Part shown: piece by piece, positions 1 to 14,600 of the stretch | How the letters are laid out: each line of letters opens with the position of its first letter | Position numbering within the stretch: the first letter of the stretch is position 1 | Assembly (NCBI RefSeq): GCF_009914755.1 | Contig: NC_060933.1 | Reading direction: 5' to 3' (one strand) | Source: the human T2T-CHM13v2.0 reference genome, Homo sapiens | DNA: 64,000 bases | The notes under the pieces: generated by a model | The model's input: the letters and a program-made list of their open reading frames with translations, nothing else | Databases searched by the model: none | Told to the model about the DNA's origin: nothing | Position numbers and translations under genes: made by a program

Positions 1-109
1 GAGTACAGGGGAATGGAATGGAATGGAATGCAATGGAATGGAATCATCCGTAATGGAATGGAAAGGAATGGAATGGAATGGAATGGAATGGAATGGAATG
101 GAATGGAAT

Positions 110-590
110 GGAATCAACTCGATTGCAATCGAATGGAATGGAATGGAATTAACCCGAATAGAATGGAATGGAATGGAATGGAACGGAACGGAATGGAATG
201 GAATGGAATGGAATGGAATGGAATGGAACGGAACGGAATGGAATGGAATGGAATGGAATGGAATGGAATCAACGCGAGTGCAGGGCAATTGAATGGAATG
301 GAATGCAATGGAATGGAATCTTCCGGAATGGAATGGAATGGAATAGAATGGAATGGAATCAACTCGATTGCAATCGAATGGAATGGAATGGAATTAACCC
401 GAATGGAATGGAATGGAATGGAATGGAACGGAACGTAATGGAATGGAATGGAATGGAATGGAATGGAATGGAATGGAACGGAACGGAATGGAATGGAATG
501 GAATGGAATCAACGCGAGTGCAGGGGAATGGAATGGAATGGAATGCAATGGAATGGAATCTTCCGGAATGGAATGGAATGGAATGGAATG
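110..590 (+). repeat. ~240-245 bp local tandem duplication
   Basis: CAACTCGATTGCAATCG at ~115 and 360; CAACGCGAGTGCAGGG at 270 and 510; TCTTCCGG at 319 and 559. Confidence 0.7.
315..328. promoter_or_regulatory. Perfect-consensus heat-shock element GGAATCTTCCGGAA (first of ~45 copies in the window); putative HSF1 site
   Basis: The sequence parses as GAA-TC-TTC-CG-GAA, the canonical nGAAnnTTCnnGAAn. The motif match is direct; function is inferred. Confidence 0.5.
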
Positions 591-2604
591 GAATGAAATG
601 CAATGGGTTCAACTCGATTGCAATGGAATGGAACAGAATGGAATGGAATGGAATGGAATGGAATTAATTCGAATAGAATGGAATGGAATGGAATGGAACG
701 GAATGGAACGGAATGGAATGTAATGGAATGGAATTGTATGGAATGGAATGGAATGGTACGGAATAGAATGGAATGGAAAGAATTGTAATGGAATGGAATT
801 GAATGGAATGGAATGGAATGGAATGGAATCAACGCGAGTGCAGGGGAATGTAATGGAACGGAATGCAATGGAATGGAATCATCCGCAATGGAATGGAATG
901 TAATGGAATGGAATGGAATGGAATGGAATCAACCCGAGTGCAATGGAATGGAGTGGAATGGAATGGAATGGAACAACCCGAATGGAATGGAATGTAGTGG
1001 AGAGTAAGGGAGTAGAATAGAATCAATCCGAAAGTAATGGAATGGAATGCAACTGAATGGAATGGAATGGAATGGAATGGAATGCAATGGAATTGAATCA
1101 ACCCGAGTACAATGGAATGGAATGGAATGGAATGGAATGGAAGGGAATGGAATGGAATGGAATGATACGGAACAGAATGGAATGGAACGAAATGGAATGG
1201 AATGGAATGGAATGGAATGGAATGCAATGGAATGGAATGGAATGGAATGGAATCGTTCCGAGTGGAATAGGAGGGAAAGTATTCGAGTGGAATGGAAAGG
1301 AATGGAATCAACCAGAGTGGAATGGAAGGGAATGGAATGGAATGGATACTAATAGAATGGAATCAACCCGAGAGGAATGGAATGGAAAGGACTGGAATGG
1401 AATGGAATGGAATGGAATTAACTCGATTGTAATGGAATGCAATGGAATGAAATGGAATGGAATGGAATTAACCCGAATACAATGCAATGGAATGGAATGG
1501 AACGGAATGGAGTGGAATGGAATGGAATCAACCCGAGTGCAGGGGAATGGAATGGAATGGAATGCAATGGAATGGAATCATCCGGAATGGAATGGAATGG
1601 AATGGAATGCAAAGCAATGGAATCAACTCGATTGCAATGGAATGGAATGGAATGGAAAGGAATACATTGGAATCAACCCGAGTGGAATGGAATGGAAAGG
1701 ACTGGAATGGAGTGGAATGGAATGGAATGGAATGGAATGGAATGGAATGGAATCAACTCGATTGGAATGGAATGGAATGGAATGGAATGGAATGGAATGG
1801 AATGGAATGGAATTAACCCGAATAGAATGGAATGGAATGGAACGGAACGGAACGGAACAGAATGGAATGGAATGGAATGGAATGGAATGGAATGGAATGG
1901 AAACAACCCGACTGCAGGGGAATGGAATGGAATGGAATGCAAAGGAATGGATTCAACTTGAATGGAATGGAAAGAATGGAATCAACACGAGTGGAATGGC
2001 ATGGATTGGAATGGAATGGAATGGAATCTACCCGAGTACAGGGGAATGGAATGGAATGGAATGCAATGGAATGGAATCATCCGTAATGGAATGGAAAGGA
2101 ATGGAATGGAATGGAATGGAATGGAATGGAATGGAATGGAATCAACTCGATTGCAATCGAATGGAATGGAATGGAATTAACCCGAATAGAATGGAATGGA
2201 ATGGAATGGAACGGAACAGAACGGAATGAAATGGATTTGAATGGAATGGAATGGAATGGAATGGAACGGAAAGGAATGGAACGGAATGGAATGGAATGGA
2301 ATGGAATGGAATGGAATGGAATCAACGCGAGTGCAGGGGAATGGAATGGAATGGAATGCAATGGAATGGAATCTTCCGGAATGGAATGGAATGGAATGGA
2401 ATGGAATGGAATGGAATAAACCCGATGCAATGGAATGGAGTGGAATGGAATGGAATGGAATTGAACAACCCGAATGGAATGGAATGTAATGGAGAGTAAG
2501 GGAGTTGAATAGAATCAATCCGAATGTAATGGAATGGAATGGAACGGAATGGAATTGAATGGAATGGAATGGAATGCAATGGAATGGAATCAACCCGAGT
2601 TCAA

Positions 2605-5600
2605 TGGAATGGATAGGAATGGAATGGAATGGAATGGAAACTACCCGAATGGAATGGAATGTAATGGAGTGTAAGGGAATTGAATAGAATCAATCCGAAT
2701 GTAATGGAATGGAATAGAACGGAATGGAATGGAATGGAATGGAATGGAATGGAATGGAATGCAATGGAATGGAATCAAACCGAGTGCAATCGAATGGAAT
2801 CGAATGGAATGGAATGCAATGGAATGGATTCAACTTGAATGGAATGGAAAGAATGGAATCAACACGAGTGGAAGGGCATGGATTGGAATGCAATGGAATG
2901 GAATCAACCCGAGTACAGGGGAATGGAATGGAATGGAATATAATGGAATGGAATCATCCGTATTGGAATGGAAAGGAATGGAATGGAATGGAATGGAATG
3001 GAATGGAATGGAATCAACTCGATTGCAATTGAATGGAATGGAATGGAATTAACCCGAATAGAATGGAATAGAATGGAATGGAATGGAATGGAACGGAAAG
3101 GAAGGGAATGGAATGGAATAGAATGGAATGGAATGGAATCAACGCGAGTGCAGGGGAATGGAATGGAATGGAATGCAATGGAATGGAATCTTCCGGAATG
3201 GAATGGAATGGAATGGAATGGAATGGAATGGAATCAACCGGAGTGCAATGGAATGGAGTGGAATGGAATGGAATGGAATGGAACAACCCGAATGGAATGG
3301 AATGTAATGGAGAGTAAGGGAGTTGAATAGAATCAATCCGAATGTAATGGAATGGAATGGAACGGAATGGAATTGAATGGAATGGAATGGAATGCAATGG
3401 AATGGAATCAACCCGAGTTCAATGGAATGGAGAGGAATGGAATGGAATTGAATGGAAACTACCCGAATGGAATGGAATGTAATGGAGTGTAAGGGAATTG
3501 AATAGAATCAATCCGAATGTAATGGAATGGAATGGAACGGAATGGAATGGAATGGAATGGAATGGAATGGAATGGAATGGAATGGAATGCAATGGAATGG
3601 ATTCAACTTGAATGGAATGGAAAGAATGGAATCAACACGAGTGGAATGGCATGGATTGGAATGGAATGGAATGGAATCAACCCGACTACAGGGGAATGGA
3701 ATGGAATGGAATGCAATGGAATGGAATCATCCGTAATGGAATGGAAAGGAATAGAATGGAATGGAATGGAATGGAATCAACTCGATTGCAATCGAATGGA
3801 ATGGAATGGAATTAACCCGAATAGAATGGAATTGAATGGAATGGAACGGAACGGAATGGAATGGAATGGAATGGAACGGAAAGGAAGGGAATGGAATGGA
3901 ATAGAATGGAATGGAATGGAATCAACGCGAGTGCAGGGGAATGGAATGGAATGGAATGCAATGGAATGGAATCTTCCGGAACGGAATGGAATGGAATGGA
4001 ATGGAATGGAGTCAACCCGATTGCAATGGAATGGAGTGGAATGGAATGGAATGGAATGGAACAACCCGAATGGAATGGAATGTAATGGAGAGTAAGGGAG
4101 TTGAATAGAATCAATCCGAATGTAATGGAATGGAATGGAACGGAATGGAATTGAATGGAATGGAATGGAATGCAATGGAATGGAATCAACCCGAGTGCAA
4201 TGGAATGGAGAGGAATGGAATGGAATGGAATGGAAACTACACGAATGGAATGGAAGGTAATGGAGTGTAAGGGAATTGAATAGAATCAATCCGAATGTAA
4301 TGGAATGGAATGGAACGGAATGGAATGGAATCGAATGGAATGGAATGGAATGGAATGCAATGGAATGGAATCAACCCGAGTGCAATCAAATGGAATCGAA
4401 TGGAATGGAATGCAATGGAATGGACTCAACTTGAATGGAATGGAAAGAATGGAATCAACACGAGTGGAATGGCATGGATTGGAATGGAATGGAATGGAAT
4501 CAACCCGAGTACAGGGGAATGGAATGGAATGGAATGCAATGGAATGTAATCATCCGTAATGGAATGGAAAGAAATGGAATGGAATGGAATGGAATGGAAT
4601 GGAATGGAATGGAATCAACTCGTTTGCAATCGAATGGAATGGAATGGAATTAACCCGAATAGAATGGAATGGAATGGAATGGAACAGAACGGAATGGAAT
4701 GGAATGGAATGGAATGGAATGGAACGGAACGGAATGGAATGGAATGGAATGGAATGGAATGGAATGGAATGGAATCAACGCGAGTGCAGGGGAATGGAAT
4801 GGAATGGAATGCAATGGAATGGAATCTTCCGGAATGGAATGGAATGGAATGGAATGGAATGAAATGCAATGGATTCAACTCGATTGCAATGGAATGGAAT
4901 AGAATGGAATGGAATGGAATTAATCCGAATAGAATGGAATGGAATGGAATGGAACGGAATGGAACGGAATGGAATGGAATGGAATGGAATGGAATGGAAT
5001 GGTATAGAATGGAATGGAATGGAGCGGAATAGAATGGAATGGAACGAATTGTAATGGAATGGAATGGAATGGAATGGAATGGAATGGAATGGAATCAACG
5101 CGATTGCAGGGGAATGTAATGGAAAGGAATGCAATGGAATGGAATCATCCGGAATGTAATGGAATGGAATTGAATGGAATGGAATCAACCCGAGTGCAAT
5201 GGAATGGAGTGGAATGGAATGGAATGGAATGGAACAACCCGAATGGAATAGAATGTAATGGAGAGTAAGGGAGTTGAATAGAATCAATCTGAATGTAATG
5301 GAATGGAATGCAACGGAATGGAATGGAATGGAATGGAATGGAATGCAATGGAATTGAATCAACCCGAGTACAATGGAATGGAATGGAATGGAATGGAATG
5401 GAATGGAATGATACGGAATAGAATGGAATGGAACGAAATGGAATGGAATGGAATGGAATGGAATGGAATGGAATGGAATCGTTCCGAGTGGAATAGGAGG
5501 GAATGTATTCGAGTGGAATGGAAACGAATGGTATCAACCAGAGTGGAATGGAAGGGAATGGAATGGAATGGAAACTAATAGAATGGAATCAACCCGAGTG

Positions 5601-8600
5601 GAATGGAATGGAAAGGACTGGAATGGAATGGAATGGAATGGAATCAACTCGATTGTAATGGAATGGAATGGAATGGAATGGAATGGAATGGAATGGAATG
5701 GAATTAACCCGAATAAAATGGAATGGAATGGAATGGAACGGAATGGAGTGGAATGGAATGGAATCAACCCGAGTGCAGGGGAATGGATTGGAATGGAAGG
5801 CAATGGAATGGAATCATCCGGAATGGAATGGAATGGAATGGAATGCAAAGCAATGGAATCAACTCGATTGCAATGGAATGGAATGGAATGGAAAGGAGTA
5901 CATTGAAATCAACCCGAGTGGAATGGAATGGAAAGGACTAGAATGGAGTGGAATGGAATGGAATGGAATGGAATGGAATCAACTCGACTGGAATGGAATG
6001 GAATGGAATGGAATGGAATTAACCCGAATAAAATGGAATGGAATGGAATGGAACGGAATGGAATGGAATGGAATGGAATGGAATGGAATGGAATCAACCC
6101 GACTGCAGGGGAATGGAATGGAATGGAAGGCAATGGAATGGATTCAACTTGAATGGAATGGAAAGAATGGAATCAACACGAGTGGAATGGCATGGATTGG
6201 AATGGAATGGAATGGAATCAACCCGAGTACAGGGGAATGGAATGGAATGGAATGCAATGGAATGGAATCATCCGTAATGGAATGGAAAGGAATGGAATGG
6301 AATGGAATGGAATGGAATGGAATGGAATGGAATGGAATCAACTCGTTTGCAATCGAATGGAATGGAATGCAATTAACCCGAATAGAATGGAATGGAATTG
6401 AATGGAATGGAACGGAACGGAATGGAACGGAACGGAATGCAATGGAATGGAATGGAATTGTATGGAATGGAATGGCATGGTACGGAATAGAATGGAATGG
6501 AAAGAATTGGAATGGAATGGAATCGAATGGAATGGAATGGAATGGAATGGAATCAACCCGAGTGCAGGGGAATGTAATGGAAAGGAATGCAATGGAATGG
6601 AATCATCCGGAATGGAATGGAATGGAATGGAATGGAATGGAATGGAATGGAATGGAATCAACCCGAGTGCAATGGAATGGAGTGGAATGGAATGGAATGG
6701 AATGGAACAACCCGAATGGAATGGAATGTAATGGAGAGTAAGGGAGTTGAATAGAATCAATCCGAATGTAATGGAATGGAACGGAATGGAATGGAATGGA
6801 ATGGAATGGAATGGAATGGAATGGAATGGAATGCAATGGAATGGAATCAACTCGAGTACAATGGAACGGAATGGAATGGAATGTAATGGAATGGAATGGA
6901 ATGGAATGGAATGGTATGGAATCAACCCGAGTGCAATGGAATGGATAGGAATGGAATGGAATGGAATGGAAACTACCCGAATGGAATGGAATGTAATGGA
7001 GTGTAAGGGAATTGAATAGAATCAATCCGAATGTAATGGAATGGAATAGAACGGAATGGAATGGAATGGAATGGAATGGAATGGAATGGAATGGAATGCA
7101 ATGGAATGGAATCAAACCGAGTGCAATCGAATGGAATCGAATGGAATGGAATGCAATGGAATGGATTCAACTTGAATGGAATGGAAAGAATGGAATCAAC
7201 ACGAGTGGAAGGGCATGGATTGGAATGCAATGGAATGGAATCAACCCGAGTACAGGGGAATGGAATGGAATGGAATATAATGGAATGGAATCATCCGTAT
7301 TGGAATGGAAAGGAATGGAATGGAATGGAATGGAATGGAATGGAATGGAATCAACTCGATTGCAATTGAATGGAATGGAATGGAATTAACCCGAATAGAA
7401 TGGAATGGAATGGAATGGAATGGAATGGAACGGAAAGGAAGGGAATGGAATGGAATAGAATGGAATGGAATGGAATCAACGCGAGTGCAGGGGAATGGAA
7501 TGGAATGGAATGCAATGGAATGGAATGGAATGGAATGGAATGGAATGGAATGGAATCAACCGGAGTGCAATGGAATGGAGTGGAATGGAATGGAATGGAA
7601 TGGAACAACCCGAATGGAATGGAATGTAATGGAGAGTAAGGGAGTTGAATAGAATCAATCCGAATGTAATGGAATGGAATGGAACGGAATGGAATTGAAT
7701 GGAATGGAATGGAATGCAATGGAATGGAATCAACCCGAGTTCAATGGAATGGAGAGGAATGGAATGGAATTGAATGGAAACTACCCGAATGGAATGGAAT
7801 GTAATGGAGTGTAAGGGAATTGAATAGAATCAATCCGAATGTAATGGAATGGAATGGAACGGAATGGAATGGAATGGAATGGAATGGAATGGAATGGAAT
7901 GGAATGCAATGGAATGGATTCAACTTGAATGGAATGGAAAGAATGGAATCAACACGAGTGGAATGGCATGGATTGGAATGGAATGGAATGGAATCAACCC
8001 GAGTACAGGGGAATGGAATGGAATGGAATGCAATGGAATGGAATCATCCGTAATGGAATGGAAAGGAATAGAATGGAATGGAATGGAATGGAATCAACTC
8101 GATTGCAATCGAATGGAATGGAATGGAATTAACCCGAATAGAATGGAATTGAATGGAATGGAACGGAACGGAATGGAATGGAATGGAATGGAATGGAATG
8201 GAATGGAATGGAACGGAAAGGAAGGGAATGGAATGGAATAGAATGGAATGGAATGGAATCAACGCGAGTGCAGGGGAATGGAATGGAATGGAATGCAATG
8301 GAATGGAATCTTCCGGAACGGAATGGAATGGAATGGAATGGAATGGAATGGAATGGAGTCAACCCGAATGCAATGGAATGGAGTGGAATGGAATGGAACA
8401 ACCCGAATGGAATGGAATGTAATGGAGAGTAAGGGAGTTGAATAGAATCAATCCGAATGTAATGGAATGGAATGGAACGGAATGGAATTGAATGGAATGG
8501 AATGGAATGCAATGGAATGGAATCAACCCGAGTGCAATGGAATGGAGAGGAATGGAATGGAATGGAATGGAAACTACACGAATGGAATGGAAGGTAATGG

Positions 8601-11600
8601 AGTGTAAGGGAATTGAATAGAATCAATCCGAATGTAATGGAATGGAATGGAACGGAATGGAATGGAATCGAATGGAATGGAATGGAATGGAATGCAATGG
8701 AATGGAATCAACCCGAGTGCAATCAAATGGAATCGAATGGAATGGAATGCAATGGAATGGACTCAACTTGAATGGAATGGAAAGAATGGAATCAACACGA
8801 GTGGAATGGCATAGATTGGAAGGGAATGGAATGGAATCAACCCGAGTACAGGGGAATGGAATGGAATGGAATGCAATGGAATGTAATCATCCGTAATGGA
8901 ATGGAAAGGAATGGAATGGAATGGAATGGAATGGAATGGAATGGAATGTAATGGAATCAACTCGTTTGCAATCGAATGGAATGGAATGCAATTAACCCGA
9001 ATAGAATGGAATGGAATGGAATGGAACGGAACGGAATGGAATGGAATGGAATGGAATGGAATGGAACGGAACGGAATGGAATGGAATGGAATGGAATGGA
9101 ATGGAATGGAATGGAATCAACGCGAGTGCAGGGGAATGGAATGGAATGGAATGCAATGGAATGGAATCTTCCGGAATGGAATGGAATGGAATGGAATGGA
9201 ATGAAATGCAATGGATTCAACTCGATTGCAATGGAATGGAATAGAATGGAATGGAATGGAATGGAATGGAATTAATCCGAATAGAATGGAATGGAATGGA
9301 ATGGAACGGAATGGAACGGAATGGAATGGAATGGAATGGAATGGAATGGAATGGTATAGAATGGAATGGAATGGAGCGGAATAGAATGGAATGGAACGAA
9401 TTGTAATGGAATGGAATGGAATGGAATGGAATGGAATGGAATGGAATGGAATGGAATCAACGCGACTGCAGGGGAATGTAATGGAAAGGAATGCAATGGA
9501 ATGGAATCATCCGGAATGTAATGGAATGGAATTGAATGGAATGGAATCAACCCGAGTGCAATGGAATGGAGTGGAATGGAATGGAATGGAATGGAACAAC
9601 CCGAATGGAATAGAATGTAATGGAGAGTAAGGGAGTTGAATAGAATCAATCCGAATGTAATGGAATGGAATGCAACGGAATGGAATGGAAAGGAATGGAA
9701 TGGAATGCAATGGAATTGAATCAACCCGAGTACAATGGAATGGAATGGAATGGAATGGAATGGAATGGAATGATACGGAATAGAATGGAATGGAACGAAA
9801 TGGAATGGAATGGAATGGAATGGAATGGAATGGAATGGAATCGTTCCGAGTGGAATAGGAGGGAATGTATTCGAGTGGAATGGAAACGAATGGTATCAAC
9901 CAGAGTGGAATGGAAGGGAATGGAATGGAATGGAAACTAATAGAATGGAATCAACCCGAGTGGAATGGAATGGAAAGGACTGGAATGGAATGGAATGGAA
10001 TGGAAACAACTCGATTGTAATGGAATGGAATGGAATGGAATGGAATGGAATGGAATGGAATGGAATTAACCCGAATAAAATGGAATGGAATGGAATGGAA
10101 CGGAATGGAGTGGAATGGAATGGAATCAACCCGAGTGCAGGGGAATGGATTGGAATGGAAGGCAATGGAATGGAATCATCCGGAATGGAATGGAATGGAA
10201 TGGAATGCAAAGCAATGGAATCAACTCGATTGCAATGGAATGGAATGGAATGGAAAGGAGTACATTGAAATCAACCCGAGTGGAATGGAATGGAAAGGAC
10301 TAGAATGGAGTGGAATGGAATGGAATGGAATGGAATGGAATCAACTCGACTGGAATGGAATGGAATGGAATGGAATGGAATTAACCCGAATAAAATGGAA
10401 TGGAATGGAATGGAACGGAACGGAATGGAATGGAATGGAATGGAATGGAATGGAATCAACCCGACTGCAGGGGAATGGAATGGAATGGAAGGCAATGGAA
10501 TGGAATCATCCGTAATGGAATGGAAAGGAATGGAATGGAATGGAATGGAATGGAATGGAATGGAATGGAATCAACTCGTTTGCAATCGAATGGAATGGAA
10601 TGCAATTAACCCGAATAGAATGGAATGGAATTGAATGGAATGGAACGGAACGGAATGGAACGGAACGGAGTGCAATGGAATGGAATGGAATTGTCTGGAA
10701 TGGAATGGCATGGTACGGAATAGAATGGAATGGAAAGAATTGGAATGGAATGGAATCGAATGGAATGGAATGGAATGGAATGGAATCAACCCGAGTGCAG
10801 GGGAATGTAATGGAAAGGAATGCAATGGAATGGAATCATCCGGAATGGAATGGAATGGAATGGAATGGAATGGAATGGAATGGAATGGAATCAACCCGAG
10901 TGCAATGGAATGGAGTGGAATGGAATGGAATGGAATGGAACAACCCGAATGGAATGGAATGTAATGGAGAGTAAGGGAGTTGAATAGAATCAATCCGAAT
11001 GTAATGGAATGGAACGGAATGGAATGGAATGGAATGGAATGGAATGGAATGGAATGGAATGCAATGGAATGGAATCAACTCGAGTACAATGGAACGGAAT
11101 GGAATGGAATGTAATGGAATGGAATGGAATGGAATGGAATGGTATGGAATCAACCCGAGTGCAATGGAATGGATAGGAATGGAATGGAATGGAATGGAAA
11201 CTACCCGAATGGAATGGAATGTAATGGAGTGTAAGGGAATTGAATAGAATCAATCCGAATGTAATGGAATGGAATAGAACGGAATGGAATGGAATGGAAT
11301 GGAATGGAATGGAATGGAATGGAATGCAATGGAATGGAATCAAACCGAGTGCAATCGAATGGAATCGAATGGAATGGAATGCAATGGAATGGATTCAACT
11401 TGAATGGAATGGAAAGAATGGAATCAACACGAGTGGAAGGGCATGGATTGGAATGCAATGGAATGGAATCAACCCGAGTACAGGGGAATGGAATGGAATG
11501 GAATATAATGGAATGGAATCATCCGTATTGGAATGGAAAGGAATGGAATGGAATGGAATGGAATGGAATGGAATGGAATCAACTCGATTGCAATTGAATG

Positions 11601-14600
11601 GAATGGAATGGAATTAACCCGAATAGAATGGAATGGAATGGAATGGAATGGAATGGAACGGAAAGGAAGGGAATGGAATGGAATAGAATGGAATGGAATG
11701 GAATCAACGCGAGTGCAGGGGAATGGAATGGAATGGAATGCAATGGAATGGAATCTTCCGGAATGGAATGGAATGGAATGGAATGGAATGGAATGGAATC
11801 AACCGGAGTGCAATGGAATGGAGTGGAATGGAATGGAATGGAATGGAACAACCCGAATGGAATGGAATGTAATGGAGAGTAAGGGAGTTGAATAGAATCA
11901 ATCCGAATGTAATGGAATGGAATGGAACGGAATGGAATTGAATGGAATGGAATGGAATGCAGTGGAATGGAATCCACCCGAGTTCAATGGAATGGAGAGG
12001 AATGGAATGGAATTGAATGGAAACTACCCGAATGGAATGGAATGTAATGGAGTGTAAGGGAATTGAATAGAATCAATCCGAATGTAATGGAATGGAATGG
12101 AACGGAATGGAATGGAATGGAATGGAATGGAATGGAACGGAACGGAATGGAATGGAATGGAATGGAATGGAATGGAATGGAATCAACGCGAGTGCAGGGG
12201 AATGGAATGGAATGGAATGCAATGGAATGGAATCTTCCGGAATGGAATGGAATGGAATGGAATGGAATGAAATGCAATGGATTCAACTCGATTGCAATGG
12301 AATGGAATAGAATGGAATGGAATGGAATGGAATGGAATGGAATTAATCCGAATAGAATGGAATGGAATGGAATGGAACGGAATGGAACGGAATGGAATGG
12401 AATGGAATGGAATGGAATGGAATGGTATAGAATGGAATGGAATGGAGCGGAATAGAATGGAATGGAACGAATTGTAATGGAATGGAATGGAATGGAATGG
12501 AATGGAATGGAATGGAATGGAATCAACGCGACTGCAGGGGAATGTAATGGAAAGGAATGCAATGGAATGGAATCATCCGGAATGTAATGGAATGGAATTG
12601 AATGGAATGGAATCAACCCGAGTGCAATGGAATGGAGTGGAATGGAATGGAATGGAATGGAACAACCCGAATGGAATAGAATGTAATGGAGAGTAAGGGA
12701 GTTGAATAGAATCAATCCGAATGTAATGGAATGGAATGCAACGGAATGGAATGGAATGGAATGGAATGGAATGCAATGGAATTGAATCAACCCGAGTACA
12801 ATGGAATGGAATGGAATGGAATGGAATGGAATGGAATGATACGGAATAGAATGGAATGGAACGAAATGGAATGGAATGGAATGGAATGGAATGGAATGGA
12901 ATGGAATCGTTCCGAGTGGAATAGGAGGGAATGTATTCGAGTGGAATGGAAACGAATGGTATCAACCAGAGTGGAATGGAAGGGAATGGAATGGAATGGA
13001 AACTAATAGAATGGAATCAACCCGAGTGGAATGGAATGGAAAGGACTGGAATGGAATGGAATGGAATGGAAACAACTCGATTGTAATGGAATGGAATGGA
13101 ATGGAATGGAATGGAATGTAATGGAATGGAATTAACCCGAATAAAATGGAATGGAATGGAATGGAACGGAATGGAGTGGAATGGAATGGAATCAACCCGA
13201 GTGCAGGGGAATGGATTGGAATGGAAGGCAATGGAATGGAATCATCCGGAATGGAATGGAATGGAATGGAATGCAAAGCAATGGAATCAACTCGATTGCA
13301 ATGGAATGGAATGGAATGGAAAGGAGTACATTGAAATCAACCCGAGTGGAATGGAATGGAAAGGACTAGAATGGAGTGGAATGGAATGGAATGGAATGGA
13401 ATGGAATCAACTCGACTGGAATGGAATGGAATGGAATGGAATGGAATTAACCCGAATAAAATGGAATGGAATGGAATGGAACGGAACGGAATGGAATGGA
13501 ATGGAATGGAATGGAATGGAATGGAATCAACCCGACTGCAGGGGAATGGAATGGAATGGAAGGCAATGGAATGGATTCAACTTGAATGGAATGGAAAGAA
13601 TGGAATCAACACGAGTGGAATGGCATGGATTGGAATGGAATGGAATGGAATCAACCCGAGTACAGGGGAATGGAATGGAATGGAATGCAATGGAATGGAA
13701 TCATCCGTAATGGAATGGAAAGGAATGGAATGGAATGGAATGGAATGGAATGGAATGGAATGGAATCAACTCGTTTGCAATCGAATGGAATGGAATGCAA
13801 TTAACCCGAATAGAATGGAATGGAATTGAATGGAATGGAACGGAACGGAATGGAACGGAACGGAGTGCAATGGAATGGAATGGAATTGTATGGAATGGAA
13901 TGGCATGGTACGGAATAGAATGGAATGGAAAGAATTGGAATGGAATGGAATCGAATGGAATGGAATGGAATGGAATGGAATCAACCCGAGAGCAGGGGAA
14001 TGTAATGGAAAGGAATGCAATGGAATGGAATCATCCGGAATGGAATGGAATGGAATGGAATGGAATGGAATGGAATGGAATGGAATCAACCCGAGTGCAA
14101 TGGAATGGAGTGGAATGGAATGGAATGGAATGGAACAACCCGAATGGAATGGAATGTAATGGAGAGTAAGGGAGTTGAATAGAATCAATCCGAATGTAAT
14201 GGAATGGAACGGAATGGAATGGAATGGAATGGAATGGAATGGAATGGAATGGAATGCAATGGAATGGAATCAACTCGAGTACAATGGAACGGAATGGAAT
14301 GGAATGTAATGGAATGGAATGGAATGGAATGGAATGGTATGGAATCAACCCGAGTGCAATGGAATGGATAGGAATGGAATGGAATGGAATGGAAACTACC
14401 CGAATGGAATGGAATGTAATGGAGTGTAAGGGAATTGAATAGAATCAATCCGAATGTAATGGAATGGAATAGAACGGAATGGAATGGAATGGAATGGAAT
14501 GGAATGGAATGGAATGGAATGCAATGGAATGGAATCAAACCGAGTGCAATCGAATGGAATCGAATGGAATGGAATGCAATGGAATGGATTCAACTTGAAT

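Noticed and set aside
841-850. G-quadruplex potential from CAGGGGAA motifs
   Set aside because: G3+ tracts are isolated and mostly tens to hundreds of bases apart.
1057-2229. 390-aa ORF and other long + strand ORFs (5668-6741, 36458-37390, 46738-47700) with MEWNG repeats
   Set aside because: GGAAT repeats have no stop codon in any frame, so long overlapping ORFs arise in all six frames. ORF limits change with 5-bp indels between near-identical copies, and no domain is recognisable.
2504-2522. TTGAATAGAATCAATCC as a DUX4-type site
   Set aside because: It shares only the AATCA half; the TAAYYY half of the consensus is not matched.
5475-5515. GGAATCGTTCCGAG as a second HSE, and GGAGG as a ribosome-binding site
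   Set aside because: The GAA-to-TTC spacing is 3 rather than 2 and there is no third box. A Shine-Dalgarno site is meaningless in eukaryotic satellite DNA.
11984-12790. Minus-strand IPFHS-repeat ORFs
   Set aside because: Same artefact on the CATTC strand.
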